From Nitrospinota bacterium (lineage in GTDB: Bacteria > Nitrospinota > Nitrospinia > Nitrospinales > VA-1), in contig JAYNIA010000049.1 in the NCBI GenBank assembly GCA_038108555.1, positions 1 to 19,018 of the forward strand: DNA of 19,018 bases. Reading direction: 5' to 3'. Both the position numbers and the translations under genes were made by a program. A model generated the notes under the pieces. The model was not told where the DNA came from. It saw only the letters and a list, made by a program, of their open reading frames with translations, and searched no databases. Shown here in pieces: positions 17,719 through 19,018 of this stretch (positions are counted from its first letter, which is position 1; each line of letters begins with the position of its first letter).

Positions 17719-18464
17719 CTCAAAGAATTTCACTACTTTCGGTCCTTGTCGCCTTAATATTCTACGCAAATCCGGTATTTGGAGATAATTTTTCCAGCGA
17801 AGTGGCCATTGCAAACGATCTTTATTCAAAAAACAAGTTTCAACAGGCCGCCGATTCTTATGAGTCTTTAATCGAGCGTGGATTCCACAACGGCTATCTC
17901 TACTACAATCTGGGAAACGCCTATATTCGACTTGGGAAAAAGGGACACGCAATTCTAAATTATATCCGTGCAAAAAAACTGATCCCCCGCGAAGAAAACC
18001 TCCAGGCAAATTTGAATTTTGCCATCCAGCAAACAAGAGACAAAACCCCTGCCCCCACACCAGATACACTTTCTACATTTTTTTTCTGGATAAACGATCT
18101 AAGTATTAATGAAAACCTAAAAATGGCTTTAGTCCTCAACCTCATTTTCTGGTCGATTTTATTAGCGTGGTTTTATTTTCGCTCCGATTTCTTAAAGTTG
18201 GCCCGGAACTTTTTTCTCGTTATACTATTTATAAGCCTGCTTGGTAATGGTATCCAACTTTACCTCACATCAATTTCCAGTACCGGTGTCGTATTGGCAA
18301 AAGAGGTTGAGGTGAAATCCGGTTTTGGCCAGTCCAATGTGACTCTGTTTGAATTGCATGAAGGAGCTCTTGTGACCGTTTCGGGTCAAAGCCAGGGGTG
18401 GCTGGAAATCCAAATTAATTCCAAGCAAAAAGGCTGGGTTCCTAAAGAATCAATCGGAATCTAA
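17715..18464 (+). CDS. batE: BatE-like TPR + TM + SH3b protein
   Basis: ANDLY..., YYNLGNAY...AILNY.RA..L.P, two TM helices and a C-terminal LHEG...W.EI...KGWV SH3-like domain. TTG start overlaps the batD stop. Confidence 0.85.
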   Translation: MTQRISLLSVLVALIFYANPVFGDNFSSEVAIANDLYSKNKFQQAADSYESLIERGFHNGYLYYNLGNAYIRLGKKGHAILNYIRAKKLIPREENLQANLNFAIQQTRDKTPAPTPDTLSTFFFWINDLSINENLKMALVLNLIFWSILLAWFYFRSDFLKLARNFFLVILFISLLGNGIQLYLTSISSTGVVLAKEVEVKSGFGQSNVTLFELHEGALVTVSGQSQGWLEIQINSKQKGWVPKESIGI

Positions 18465-18489
18465 TTTCCAATTTCTAACCAACAGGAAT

Positions 18490-19018
18490 ATGGCCCTTCC
18501 ACGAAAAACAGGAGGATGGGGAGCCATTCGCTATTCCCTCAAGATGGCACGCCGGGCTGGCGGACTTTGGCCCATGCTTCGTGCTTTAGGCTCCCGCAAC
18601 AATTGTAAAAGTTGCGCCCTTGGCATGGGGGGACAAAAAGGGGGCATGAAAGACGAGCAGGGGCATTTCCCAGCCGTGTGCAATAAATCCTTCATGGCAC
18701 AGGCTTCCGACATGCAGGGGGCTTTGCCTGAAAACTTTTTTAGCACCCACTCAGTATCCGATTTATCCGATTGGAGTCCCCGCGATCTGGAATTAAGTGG
18801 TCGATTAACCACACCCCTTCTTTGCGAGGATGGCGACAGTCATTACCGAAAAATCACATGGGCAGAAGCAATTGACAGAGTGGCTGAAAAAATAAAATCG
18901 ACAACGCCCGACAAAACATTTTTCTATTCGAGCGGCAGGTCAAGCAATGAAGCAGGATTTTTATTGCAATTTTTCGCGAGACAGTTTGGAACCAACAATG
19001 TTAATAATTGCTCTTACT
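18490..19018 (+). CDS. FdhF/YdeP-family molybdopterin oxidoreductase (N-terminal part; runs off the window)
   Basis: Manual translation: MALPRKTGGWGAIRYS...CKSCALGMGGQKGGM...FPAVCNKS...GRLTTP...ITWAEA...FFYSSGRSSNEAGFLLQFFARQFGTNNVNNCSY. Open to the window end and absent from the ORF track. Confidence 0.92.
   Translation, partial: MALPRKTGGWGAIRYSLKMARRAGGLWPMLRALGSRNNCKSCALGMGGQKGGMKDEQGHFPAVCNKSFMAQASDMQGALPENFFSTHSVSDLSDWSPRDLELSGRLTTPLLCEDGDSHYRKITWAEAIDRVAEKIKSTTPDKTFFYSSGRSSNEAGFLLQFFARQFGTNNVNNCSY

Noticed and set aside
18531..18812. Minus-strand 93-aa ORF, and a possible Tat signal (MARR) in the plus-strand oxidoreductase
   Set aside because: The ORF is the antisense shadow of the FdhF/YdeP gene. 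The RR lacks the S/T-RR-x-FLK context and a following hydrophobic region.

Overview
Bacterial chromosomal window with three blocks. (1) A minus-strand trpE-G-D-C-F-B operon, probably continuing into trpA at the left edge. (2) Directly upstream on the same strand, a cassette of three repeat proteins with no signal peptides: one 27-aa-repeat LRR protein and two paralogous, Trp-rich 7-repeat beta-propeller-like proteins. (3) A divergent plus-strand Bat-type MoxR/vWA locus (moxR, DUF58, membrane TPR-like, single-pass protein, batA, batB, inserted YccA/BI-1, batC, batD, batE), followed by a truncated FdhF/YdeP-family oxidoreductase that the ORF track missed. The most unusual signal is an intrinsic terminator just upstream of trpE with no Trp leader peptide or T-box. 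Its 5' arm and loop are perfectly complementary over 11 nt to the final W-K-P-V codons of the adjacent Trp-rich propeller gene. No rRNA, tRNA, CRISPR array or transposase was seen. A Nitrospinota-like origin is my impression only and is untested.
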